49,361 nucleotides of DNA from Nemertoderma westbladi (taxonomy: Eukaryota > Animalia > Xenacoelomorpha), in NCBI GenBank assembly GCA_032718475.1, contig JAUCBJ010005586.1:1-49361 (forward strand), read 5' to 3'. The notes under the pieces were generated by a model. The model ran no database searches, was not told where the DNA came from, and saw only the letters and a list, made by a program, of their open reading frames with translations. The translations under genes were made by a program, and so were the position numbers. Within the stretch, counting starts at the first letter, position 1. Each line of letters begins with the position of its first letter. Positions 12,975 to 24,177 of the stretch are shown here, piece by piece.

Positions 12975-15140
12975 TTGGAGAAGATGGGAACATACAACAT
13001 GCCACGAGTGTATTTCCCAGATGGGAACATGACGAATCTGGACCTACACATGTTCTCCAATGCGTCGTTGGAGGCGTACGGAGCGGCACTCTATTTAGTA
13101 CAACGAGAGGGGGCTCACAAGCCCAGACTGGCCTTTAGCAAAGCAAAGTCAACGCCACCAGATTCAGCATCAGTTCCCAAATTAGAATTGACAGCTGCGA
13201 GACTAGGAGTTAGAGCCACAGCCTACCTAGTGGATAATATTCCCAACATAGTGGAGACACACTACTGGACGGACTCCATGGTAGTGCTTGGTTGGCTACA
13301 TAACGAAAGGACGAGATACCCAATATTCGTCGCGAACAGGGTGGACAAGATAAGGGCGACCACAGAATTGGAAAGGTGGCACTACTGCCCAACGGACGAG
13401 AACCCAGCGGACTTGTTATCAAGGGGCGTGGCACGCCACACTTTCTTAAAAAAGGAAGAATCGTGGCAACACGGGCCGCAGTTTCTGAGCGACAAGGGGG
13501 CCTGGCCGCCGATAAGAAAGGTGGACCCGGACTCAGGAGAGGTAGTGTCAGAAGCAGAAGAGGGAGATTCAGAGGGAGAACAGATATTCTCCCAGATGGT
13601 GAGGGAGATAAGGGACGTGCAACCTAAACCAGAAGAACTGTGCGATAACCCGACAGATAAACTCCTCAGCTACAGCTCTAGTTGGTATAAGACCAAGAAA
13701 TTAGTGGCGTACTGGAGAGCCTTCGGGAATTTCCTCGCGGGAGTTGGCAAAGACAAGAAGATCAGGACAACCATAGATCTGGAAGGAGCGGCCAAGGCAG
13801 TCATCCGCTATGAACAACGGAAGAACTATGGCGACGAGGTGGAACGCATCGGTAACCAACAGCACCTTCGACGGGACAGCGAGCTGATCACGCTGTCGCC
13901 ACAACTTAATGACGACGGGATTCTAGTAATGAATTCTAGGGTGGGATACAACAACAGCATAGTCGTACCACCGAAACCCATCATCATTCCCACAGGATCG
14001 CCAATAGTCCACCAGATTATCTGGGACTCCCATAAGTCGATATTGCACGGGGGCACCAACCGAACTCTCACGGAGATAAGGAGGACCTTTTGGGTCAAGC
14101 AGTTGAGGAAGAAGGTAAAAGCGGTAGTGGGGCAGTGCCAGACCTGCCGACAAGCGAAGAAGGAGCGAGCCATACAAGAGATGGCACCACTACCAGCGAG
14201 TAGAGTAAGACAGCACGACCCGCCATTTACACATTGTGGTGTGGACATGTTCGGGCCGATAAAGATCAAGGTGATGCGGCACAAGGATAAACGCTACGGT
14301 ATTATCTTTGTATGTAACAACACGCGGGCGGTAGGGATAGAACTCGCCCAAGATGCAACCGCATCAGCATTTATTAATGCATTAGAAAGATTCAGAGACC
14401 GCAAAGGTGGGACGATCGCAGTAATGTACTCCGACAGCGGAACCAACTTTGTGGGAGCAGATAACGAGATGGCAGAGGCCTTGGACATCTTGGAAGGGGA
14501 GGAAGTCAGGGCGGCCATGAGACGACGACAAGTAAAGTGGGAGAGAAGGACACCGTATGCACCACATACACTAGGATGCGTCGAGAGACTGGTGGGCAGT
14601 TCAAAGCGTCTTATGACGAAGCTAATGAACACCCACATGCTCACTGAGGACGTCTTAAGGACAGTGCTTGCGAAGTGTGAGGGGATCATTAATAGCAGAC
14701 CGCTATATCCGGAGAATGATTACCCTGAGTCATTAGATGTGCTGACACCCAGCCATTTTCTAATGGAAAGGCCAGTGACCATCGATATGCGGGGTGTAGA
14801 CCCAGATGACATACATTCCCGCCAGAGTTGGAAGGTCGCTAAAGCAATAAGCGCAGAGTATTGGAGGAGGTGGGTTGAGGAATACCTACCCACGCTTCAC
14901 AAAAGAAGCAAGTGGAGGAAGTCAAATAGGGAGTTAAGAGAGGGAGATCTCGTAATCTTTACGGATGATACTATCATCAACAACCAGTGGCGGTTGGCGA
15001 GAGTCGTGGGCACTTACTCCGATGAGGACGGAAGAGTCCGATCGGTAGAAGTGCGGATAGGTGGAAAGATTGGTGCGAAAGACAGAAAAACCTACAGGAG
15101 AGCTGTAGGGAAATGCTGTCTATTAGAAGGGGCACCTTAG
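12975..15140 (+). CDS. pol: BEL/Pao RNase H + integrase + C-terminal (DUF5641-like) region
   Basis: LHMFSNASLEAYGA (usual FSDAS; D to N here), PKLELTAA, YWTDS, NPADLLSRG. HHCC (H..H..CQTC). Integrase D-D-E: GVDMFGP, YSDSGTNFVGA, GCVERLV. LTPSHFL, YWRRWVEEYLPTL. Confidence 0.95.
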   Translation: MEKMGTYNMPRVYFPDGNMTNLDLHMFSNASLEAYGAALYLVQREGAHKPRLAFSKAKSTPPDSASVPKLELTAARLGVRATAYLVDNIPNIVETHYWTDSMVVLGWLHNERTRYPIFVANRVDKIRATTELERWHYCPTDENPADLLSRGVARHTFLKKEESWQHGPQFLSDKGAWPPIRKVDPDSGEVVSEAEEGDSEGEQIFSQMVREIRDVQPKPEELCDNPTDKLLSYSSSWYKTKKLVAYWRAFGNFLAGVGKDKKIRTTIDLEGAAKAVIRYEQRKNYGDEVERIGNQQHLRRDSELITLSPQLNDDGILVMNSRVGYNNSIVVPPKPIIIPTGSPIVHQIIWDSHKSILHGGTNRTLTEIRRTFWVKQLRKKVKAVVGQCQTCRQAKKERAIQEMAPLPASRVRQHDPPFTHCGVDMFGPIKIKVMRHKDKRYGIIFVCNNTRAVGIELAQDATASAFINALERFRDRKGGTIAVMYSDSGTNFVGADNEMAEALDILEGEEVRAAMRRRQVKWERRTPYAPHTLGCVERLVGSSKRLMTKLMNTHMLTEDVLRTVLAKCEGIINSRPLYPENDYPESLDVLTPSHFLMERPVTIDMRGVDPDDIHSRQSWKVAKAISAEYWRRWVEEYLPTLHKRSKWRKSNRELREGDLVIFTDDTIINNQWRLARVVGTYSDEDGRVRSVEVRIGGKIGAKDRKTYRRAVGKCCLLEGAP

Positions 15141-15249
15141 GGTGGAGTTAGAGTGTAGTTTAGTCGTCCAAGTTTGGACTGAGGGGGGTGGGATTGAGGG
15201 CGAGACGCCCTCCCCACACATAAAAATGAAAAATAAAATAAATAAAAAT

Positions 15250-15770
15250 TAGAGTTAGTTAGTTAGGAGTTAGTTAGAAGGTACGTAGTACCTAGAGTTA
15301 GTCGGTTAGAAGGTACGTAGTACCTAGAGTTAGTTAGTTAGTTAGTTAGTCAGTTAGAAGGTACGTAGTACCTAGAGTTAGTTAGTTAGTTAGTTAGTCA
15401 GTAAGAGGGTACGTAGTACCGTTAGTTAGTGGAGTTAGAGTTAGTAAGAGGGTACGTAGTACCGATAGTTAGTGAAGTTAGAGAGTAGTAAGAGGGTACA
15501 TAGTACCGTTAGTAGAGTTGGAAGAGTAGTAAGAGGGTACGTAGTACCGTTAGTGGAGTTAGAGAGTAGTAAGAGGGTACGTAGTACCGATAGTTAGTGG
15601 AGTTAGAGAGTAGTAAGAGGGTACGTAGTACCGTTAGTAGAGTTAGAGTAAGAGTTAGAGGGTACGTAGTACCGTTAGTTAGTTAGAGAGTAGTAAGAGG
15701 GTACGTAGTACCGATTAGTAAGAGAGAGAGGTAGAAGGGTATACATAGTATAGATATTAGTTAGTAGTTA
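15250..15770 (+). repeat. Array of ~11-12 GGTAC-GTA-GTACC hairpin cores separated by variable GTTA/GAGTTA-rich spacers
   Basis: Cores near 15279, 15311, 15360, 15408, 15450, 15495, 15536, 15576, 15620, 15662 and 15699, plus a degenerate one at ~15738. Confidence 0.9.
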
Positions 15771-16194
15771 GTAGCGAGAGGGGGGCATATGAGTACAGTT
15801 GGATAGATCGTGCAGGCCACGAGACATATACTGCTGTACTGCACAGGCCCATAGCGTAGGTCAGAATGTGGATTATGAAATAGAATAATCCATAAGCAGT
15901 AAATAGTAGAAATATATTAGAAATAAAAATAGAATAAATAGGGCTAAGAAAATTACAAATTATGGTAACAGGAGGGAAATTATTCTGGAACATAATTAAA
16001 GCAACGGACAGAAATTGCAAATAAGGTACATTTGTTAGCTACAAAATTAAGTAATAGAAATTAGGCTAAAAGGGCGTAGTTAGATAGAAAATAGGCCATT
16101 ATCGGACCATACAGACCATCCTAACTGCATCACTCACTTATATTGCGCCTTGGTAAGGCACCACCTTATAGGTGAGCGATCGGAGGAGTTCGAA

Positions 16195-18736
16195 ATGGCG
16201 GGAAAACTGATCAGAAAGAGAAAGGCGGAGTCAGGAGGAAAGGAGATACTGGTGGATTTCACCAAGAGGCATCCGGAAGAGAAGACGAGAGGATACTACG
16301 AGAGGTTGGAAAAGGGTCACGCGGCACGAGCGCTGCAGGACCACTTCCGGGAGATGCACGAACAGTGGCTGGTCGGGACCTACAGGACGCCAACACTTCC
16401 ACTACGTGGTGAAAGGGGACGAGGCAAAGTTCGGGATTCCGAAGTACCCGAGGGAGTCGCCGAAGAAGGATTGGAAGAGATTCATAGAGTCCGTCAACAG
16501 GGGAGGATATATGATCCTAGGCGACGAGTGAACCGTGGAAGACGAGGAGGGTTCGAGACGAGGATCAGCGGGGTCGGCCAGGACCATACTCCTACATTTG
16601 GCCGCGCCAAATGGGGACATTTTCTTATTCGATCTAGGAACGTATGGGAAGAAGGAGGGGCCGAAATTAAACCGGTTGCCGAAAGCGGTGCAAGTCTTGG
16701 TAAGAGAGAAGTCGACGATGAAGGTGGGATCGGCGATTCGCGAGGACGCGGAGAGAATCATCGGTCCGGACGCCACCAACCTTCTGGATATGCAGAAGGT
16801 CTTCATGGCTATGACGGCACCAGATGGGTTGGGGGTAGTCGGGAACACAGGCCAATGCTTGGCGGTGGCAATGGGCCAGCTATTGGGGCTCGTATGCCAC
16901 AAACCAATGGACTGGGGGAAGTTCAGGGAGGAATACGGAGCAGAACTAGCGAACTCGCTAAAGTGGGGAGCGAGACCGGGAAAGCAAGAGGTATATCAAT
17001 TCCGCAGAGGAGCGATAAAGGTATATCAGAAGCGATATATCCTGCAGGAAGATTGGATGATGATAAGTTTGCTTAACTTATTCATGACCGTGGTTATCGA
17101 GAGGGAACCAGCGGCATTTCTGTTATCGGGATCACCCCTAAGCTACAGGAGAGCCTTTAAGATGGCCTTCAACGGTCTGGTAGACCACCCGGGGCTGAAG
17201 GGCGAGTCGGTGTACTACAACAGCCGACATCTGATAGACGGGGAGACAGATACGCCGTATCAGAGATGGGAGCAGCTAGAGACGGATAGACGAGAGGCAA
17301 AGCGACTGGAAGAAGTCGCTAGACGGGAGAGGATAGAAGCAGAGGAGAGGGAGGAGGAGGCCAGGACGCAGAGTTATGGCTTCGAGGAACAGGCAGGCTT
17401 AGACGAACTTCGTTGGACTTCATCAGGGAGTTCGGGGGAGTCTCTAGGGCGAGAACTGGGATGGATGGTGGGATCGCCAAAACAGTCGACGTCGGGGTTG
17501 CAAGCGATGCCCATACCAGCGGGCGCCGAAGGCGACCAACCGCCAAGGAAGTTAAGGGAGCTAGAGGGATGGAGAGCTACGGGCGAGAGCCAAGGCGGGA
17601 AGGGACATAGTGGATCCATCGGGATACTGGGGTTGGAGCCGCTGCCAGAGGAGGAGGAACACGACGACGAGTTCGGAGAGGTGCCGCCCATCGAGAGGAT
17701 TGGCCACTCGGACACGGACTGGGTTGGCGGGAGGTTGGTGACGGCCAGTGGGGCGAGGGCCTTCTGGGATAGACCCGGCAAGCGGGCCTGGGTGCACGAG
17801 GAGCCGGCGATGGATTTCGCGGGGAGCACTATCAGGTTGGGAGAGCAACCGGGGACGGCACCACGGGTAGTATTCGGGGAGACGATGCCCGAGAGGGGCG
17901 AGGAGATTGACGTAGACAGGGACACTAACGTGCAGAAGTTCGCCTACCAGCGACTCCACAGACCGTGGAGATCGCTTGGGACGAAAGACGACGTGGGGCG
18001 GGAGACATTGGTACTCGGTTGCGACTACTGTGGGAGACAGACCCACCAGGAAAGGAGCTGTTTGTACCGGTTCCAAAAGGGAACCTTTTGTCTCTACTGC
18101 CGCGAGTCGAGCCACAGGATGGGGGCGTGTCCACGGTTGCATAACCGATGTCCGAAGTGCAACTTTCGGGGACACTACGGACGCCAGTGCGACTGGATGG
18201 ACGACGAAGAGAAGTTCAGAAGATTCGAGGAGTGGGCCGACGTCGGGGCCATGATGCGCCAGCGCATGAAGGCTCAGGAGTTCAAGTGGGGTTTCTTCCT
18301 TATCAATCAGGAGGCTCACATGGAAATCATAAAGCGGAGGCTACCGTTTACCTATCAAGAGGTAGCAACGGCGGCGTCGTATGCCGGGGTGATGAATACA
18401 CAAACGTATTTGGACAGGTGGACGCCACAGAACCGAGGGGAGTTTAGGGATTTCCTGGCGGAGCACGTGCCGCGGGCAATGAAGATGATCATATGGGACG
18501 CCACCAGGGGGAGACAACAGGGCCACTTGGAGGGGCCACCCGCGAAGCGATATCGGGAGCTGATAACACCAGCACCCAGGGAGCCAACGACCAGGATCAG
18601 TAAGGAGGTGGCGGCGAGGGTCCGAAGACAGAAAGCGGATCCCAGAGGAGCGGTAGTGACCAGGAAACGACCCAGGGAGGAGGGCGGCAAAGGGAAAGAC
18701 TTGAGGTGGTTCCCAAAGTCAGGGGGGATGAACTGA
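16195..18736 (+). CDS. Extra ORF of the BEL element: putative DEDDy (WRN/EXD/Mut-7-like) 3'-5' exonuclease domain + three CX2CX4HX4C knuckles; frameshift at ~16380 and TGA at 16529
   Basis: ILLHLAAPNGDIFLFDL, LPKAVQVLVREKSTMKVGSAIREDAERI, LLDMQKVF, LAVAMGQLLG and QKRYILQED resemble WRN-exo motifs. Knuckles CDYCGRQTHQERSC, CLYCRESSHRMGAC, CPKCNFRGHYGRQC. Confidence 0.7.
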
Positions 18737-19420
18737 GACTTCAATGTAGTACGCCTGGAAGGCGCCACATGGGACGTACGAACTATTAAGTACAAATTCA
18801 AACTGATGCAAATAATTAAATAAGTGCAATTATAAGTACGTACGTAGTAATCAGTAGTTTAGCAATGAAATATACGTTCGAAGTAAGTACTATAGTCATT
18901 CAACCTTTCTCAATTAGCTACTGGGACTGGGGGGCTAACTGACTATGGTACTATGGACGAGACACCAGACGACTTCACATTCTTGAGTGCGACGGCACAA
19001 AGGGGGAGTGAGATTCGTCAGAAGGGATGGGGTAGTCAAAGGGAGGTCGAGTAGAGGTGATAGTGCAGAGTGCAGAGAGAGTGCGAATGCAATTCAAGTG
19101 TGTGGGAGGAATAAGAGGCTGAGTGAGGGACAGGGAAGTCCGAGGGTTAGAGCGGTAGTGAGGAGAAGTAAAGGAGAGTCAGGGTGAGAACAGAGTAGAG
19201 TTAAAGTGGCGAAGTGTTGGGGAAACAAAAGTCGTGTGAGGAGCGCACGATCGGCCCGACATGGGACGCAAGGCAAAACGGTTAGCGATATCATACCCAT
19301 AGGGAGCGGCCTGGAAAGCCGGCTCCGAAAGAAAATAGTTCCACCCCACACCCGATAATAGATCGGGATCCAGTGGAATTGTAGCGCACTTGAGGTGGAT
19401 GCTATCTTCTCACCAGGAAG

Positions 19421-19436
19421 ATAGCATGGGGGGGAG
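19421..19436 (+). other. Polypurine tract abutting the 3' LTR, overlapping an 11-bp stem hairpin (19399-19427)
   Basis: ATGCTATCTTC-TCACCAG-GAAGATAGCAT, then GGGGGGGAG|TGTT. Confidence 0.85.
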
Positions 19437-19983
19437 TGTTAGCTTATCCAATTCCGCTAGCACAAGCCCATAAAGTCAACCGTTAAGCAATATTGGGGGC
19501 CACGAGATTGGGTAACCAACAACTCGTGTCACCCCAACAAAGTGGGAAGGAGAAACACACAATGAGGGTCAGGGGCCAAACCCCTAACAGAGGGATAATA
19601 GGTGGAGTGAACGGAAACACTCCAAGGGGCGCCAATAGGGACATTAGCCAATCAGAGGGGGTAAAGGCATCGGTTAGGTACAGTAGCAAGGCCAACCCGT
19701 GCAATATAACCAGTTGGCAGTAATCATCTCATTCAGTTATCTCAGTGTTATTGGTGTTACAGTAGCAATAGTTTAGCTAGGGAAGTACCGGGATTTCAAT
19801 TACCGTTTCCCGCCTTCCGTGTACAACAACGTATTATCAGTTATCTCATTACCAGTTATCTATATCTATATACCCGAATATTATACGCGACGAATAACGC
19901 AAACTCTTTCACCTTTCACACACGGCGGGGACGCGTGAATTGACAAACCGGATAAACCGGGATCCTTCTTGGATCCCGTCACA
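19437..19983 (+). repeat. 3' LTR (547 bp)
   Basis: Near-identical to 5993-6538 and followed by the TATTA TSD. Confidence 0.96.
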
Positions 19984-20671
19984 TATTAGGTAATATAATA
20001 TGTAGTGTTTATTATATATTATGACATTATATGCCATGCCAGAATATACCATGTCTAACTTCATATTCACATACCATGATATTTTGCTAGTAGTAGTTAT
20101 TTATTGACAATAATTTCCAATAATTAGATACGAACAATAATAATTATACACAAAAATAGGCACAATCATCGTCCAATTAAATTTCAATAAAAAATAGTTA
20201 ACACTTAAACGTTAACAATAGTAAATCATTAAGTTATATAGTTTCATTTCAATATATATATTTATATATATATATACAACACACATTGGTAGGTAATGAA
20301 AATAAATCATGTCATATAAATAAATACTTACCTTACATATCTCCTACATATCAGATCCTATCAATAAACGAGCTACAGGGAATTCACAGAACAAACTGAT
20401 AACGGAACCAGGGCATCTAAACTTAAAAAAACATGGACAAAAAGGGAAGAAATAACAAAATAAACACGGACATAAAGTGTATGAGTGATTTGATGGGACA
20501 TGAAAGGGTTTTCTGTATTCTCATATTCACATATCTTTCTTATTGGCAATGTTGCTGTTTGTTTTTGATTGATTGTACAAAATATCTGACTGTATGTCAT
20601 GGCGTTTCTAGTATTTCACTATTCCATCAACGTTTCTACTACTATATTATATATTTTTTTTATTCCTAAAG

Positions 20672-21070
20672 ATGAAGTTACTATTCCTGCGACATTCGTA
20701 AGCAAGGTAGTTGGACCCGGTGGACCTGAAGCCAAATGCGGCTACGACTTAAATGTGAGTTATAACCAGGACGAAGATGAAGTGCGTGCTATCATAGACA
20801 TGGCGACCCGCTGCACCCAAACCATAACTATCTCATCCAAAAACATCCACAGCACCGATCTGTGTTTTGTCGATCGTGAAGGCATCCAACATCCATTTGA
20901 TACCTGGACCAATACAAAGTGCAGTCAGAGCATTACTGAATGCCTCGAGACAATTGTTGTTGAAGACAAGGAGTTACTGCCCGTAACGAAATTGCAGGTT
21001 GGGGATACTGGTTCCCTCGTTGAGGTGATCTATAGTGAGACTGTCAGTGACATAGTCTGCACAATGGCAG
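20672..21070 (+). CDS. Probable host exon encoding a Caspr/neurexin-IV/axotactin-type fibrinogen-like module (399 bp, phase 1-1)
   Basis: Polypyrimidine tract + AG at 20670-71 and GT at 21071-72. Open frame GPEAKCGYDLNVSY..VRAIIDMATRCTQTI..DREG..DKELLPVTKLQVGDTG..DIVC matches my recollection of the Caspr FBG-like consensus. Possible terminal exon at 21305-21336. Confidence 0.65.
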
Positions 21071-21529
21071 GTTAGTTTGTTTGTTGTTAGATGCACACCA
21101 CAGTTAGATGCGCAAATGGACCGCAAATAAAAACGTGACCTCCAGCGCATATAAAATAAAGTTTTGTTCATTGTTTTGGTTAGAAAACACTGTTGTAAAG
21201 GATTTCACGTGTCTTCAGAACGATAAGCTCCTAAACGGCTTTTAAAAGTATCTCAAAATGTTTCCAAGTGATAACACACTTCGTTTACTGTTTTGGTTTC
21301 TCAGTCAAGATGACTGACTTGAATTTGCTCGCATAAAACATGATCCTACGACGGCTTATACTTTACGGACGTCCACAACCCTTTCAAGATAGTACAAATA
21401 ATGGAAACAAAATGTTCTATATTTTTCCCGCTTTCCACGTTTTTTTATGGTTTTATACTACTACTACTAGTGATGGGCCTAGCGGGCCGCTAGGAACCGA
21501 CTTTTTATTTCAAATAAAAGAGACAACTG

Positions 21530-21930
21530 GTAGCGGTGACAAATTTGAATTCCTGGTCATAAATCTGAGTTTCTTGTTACAAAATCTGAGAGTTCTGTAA
21601 CAAATTATAAGTTACAAATTAGAGCATCTGGTTAGGAATTTGGGTTCCCAGTTACACATTTGAGTACCTGGTTACGACTCTCTGTTAGTGGTTTCAAATC
21701 GATGTGTTTGGTTACTAATATGAGCACCTTGTTGCAAATTGATGTCCCTGGTTTCGATTCGAAGTTACTATGGTTACAAATCTGAGCATCTAGTTTCAAA
21801 TAAGAGTTCCAGGTTAGAAATTGAATTGCCCAGTTACAAATCTAAGTAGCCATTAGTAACAAACCCAAGCACCCATAAGAAGAACAGAATGTTCAGCTAC
21901 GAATTCAAGTACTCGTTACAAATCGGAGTG
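21530..21930. repeat. Diverged ~21-bp minisatellite (GGTTACAAATYTGAGYWCCT-like), preceded by a CCTAGCGG/CCGCTAGG hairpin at ~21478; possibly a non-autonomous Helitron/MITE-like element
   Basis: Recurrent gttacaaat/gtttcaaat motif at ~21-bp spacing. Element class is a guess. Confidence 0.5.
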
Positions 21931-24177
21931 TCAGTTTAAATAAAACAATTTATTAGAGATACATGACTGTCAATTGAATTACACTCTGCAGTTAGAATTA
22001 AATCACCTGGCCTGCCAACTGTCAGCACAGTAATCACAGTAGTCAGCACAGTCAATATTCACATAGATGTTAGTTAGCAAACAATTTGCAATCTATCATA
22101 ATCAGTACCTAATAATTATTTAAGCAGTTATGCCAACAGATATACTGTCTATCTATATCTGATACAAAACAACACTCATAGTAGGGCCTATTAATGTTGC
22201 CAATAGATATTTTATTGACCTAAGTCCAAATGGATGCAAATATCAAGTTACATATAACACACAAACAAAAATAAACCATACCATAATATAAATTCCAAAT
22301 AATAATAACAACAGTAATTAACAAACTTCTACTTCAAATATACCAACAGGTAATAAGCAATACGATAATCATAAATACAGCAGCACTATCACACTGATTG
22401 TAGTACGTTAGTTTATACTACCAAAACAAAAATAATATTTATATTCTAATATAAGCGAAGCTTCGTAAACCATACCATAATAAATTCTAAATAATGACGC
22501 CAAAAATAAATACAGAACTTTTACAATTGCAGTATGCAAGTTTAAACTTCCAAAACAAAAATAATATTATTTCTCTAATAAAATCAAAGCTTCGTAAATA
22601 TACATTGTGGATATAGTATCACTTTGAACACAATGGCTTTTATGTAGCTCAGACCAAAATTACTATTCTTATTCTTGTCGATATGTACAGTTCACAATAG
22701 ATCCAATAAGGGGTGCACACTATATCATTATTTGTTGCGCATGCGCAACGCAATCCAGGTTAACTGTAATAATTCAGAATAATTAATACATCAGTCGACA
22801 CCCAAATAATGGTTCAATAATCTTAACTACCGGTATCTATCTGTATGTACAATTATTATAAGAGTTTGTTTTTTGTTTTTATAAAGAAAGCTTTCCCACT
22901 CTCAGGTCTGTCGGTCCAGCCAGACCGGTGCTGTCAAAATATTTCGCTGCAGTCTGGCAGTTGCAGTTATCATGCCCTTTCAATGCAGGGTAACAATACT
23001 GCAGTAGGCCTACTGCAATACAGCAATACGGCAGTTGAACTGCTGAACGCCGAGTACCAATATAATGGTCTGATGGAAGGATGGTTCTGAAACTAGTCAG
23101 TCCGGCAGTTATGCTAAGACAGTAAGTAAGATAATGAGATCTGGAAATAGATATCTGGATATGTTGTAGTTATACCTGAATACAGTAATATACCGGTACA
23201 TGCCCTTTCAATGCAGGGTAACAAAACGGTTATCAGGTTGTTATATAATCATATTGCTGTCGGCTGTATAGCATAACTCCAACTGACCAACACTCAGACA
23301 CTGTGATCTAGTGCCTGTGGTGGGTGATATACCGGTACAGCTACCGGCTGAGCGGTATCTGGATATATAACTTTATAAGCATGATTATGTTTACCAGTTT
23401 ACAGGCAGACAGGTTTTGTTTACAAACCTGTCGAAGTCTACGTCTGCCTGCCAGTCAGTTAACATGCCCTTTGGATGCAGGGTAACGCTTTTAATCTTAT
23501 GACTGCAGGTGCAGGAGCAGGGCCGGCTGCTGGCTGGCTGGGCTGCTGGGGTGTATAGTATAGTATAACGTATAGCATATAGGCCTAATGCTGTGATGTG
23601 TTCAGGTGCAGGAGTTGCCAGGTTGCAGAGTTCTGGAGTTAGACCTATAATCAGATAATTGTATTGGCTTATGGCAGTACCGGTACTGCAGTACGGTAAC
23701 TAATACAGTAATACTAACTGTAATAGGGCCTATTATGTATTAATTCTTACAGTACAGTCTTAATTCTGTAATTACCGGTATGCCCTACCTACAGACCTAG
23801 GCGGCTAGGCCTAACTTATTATTTCAGCATTCGTCATGATCTTGATTTATAGCAATAATAACCCTACTACATACCCCACTGTATAGTGGCTTTCTGGCTT
23901 TAGCACTGCACACTGTATCAGCAGATCAGTACCGCGTACCGGTACGTTAGATCAGTAGATCTAAAGGTATGACGATTATCAGATTATTGAATGAGATAAT
24001 AATAATAATAATATAATATTAATGGAAATATAAAATAATATTTATTTTGTAATATATATTTATGTATGCCTATGCAGATAGGCCCATTGGCTGAATGGTA
24101 CTAGTACCGGTACATGGAGTTGTACACCGGCGCAAGTTATTATCAATAAACAGGACCATACTTCCAGGTGAATAGCA

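Larger units (their letters stand above)
5993..19983 (+). mobile_element. Full-length BEL/Pao LTR retrotransposon (~14 kb) with an extra 3' ORF
   Basis: Two LTRs (5993-6538, 19437-19983) bounded by TG..CA. 5-bp TSD TATTA at 5988-5992 and 19984-19988. PPT before the 3' LTR. Gag-PR-RT-RH-IN order with BEL-specific motifs. Confidence 0.96.

Noticed and set aside
6572-14689. Many minus-strand ORFs over the BEL gag-pol
   Set aside because: Antisense shadows of a purine-rich coding strand, with no domain motifs.
15250-15770. CRISPR-like repeat-spacer appearance
   Set aside because: Spacers are low-complexity and related to each other, there are no cas genes, and the context is a eukaryotic retrotransposon.
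16150-18736. env gene in the BEL element
   Set aside because: No signal peptide or transmembrane segment is evident. The content is knuckles plus an exonuclease-like region.
19483-19723. Short ORFs within the 3' LTR
   Set aside because: Incidental frames in LTR sequence, disrupted by an indel in the 5' LTR.
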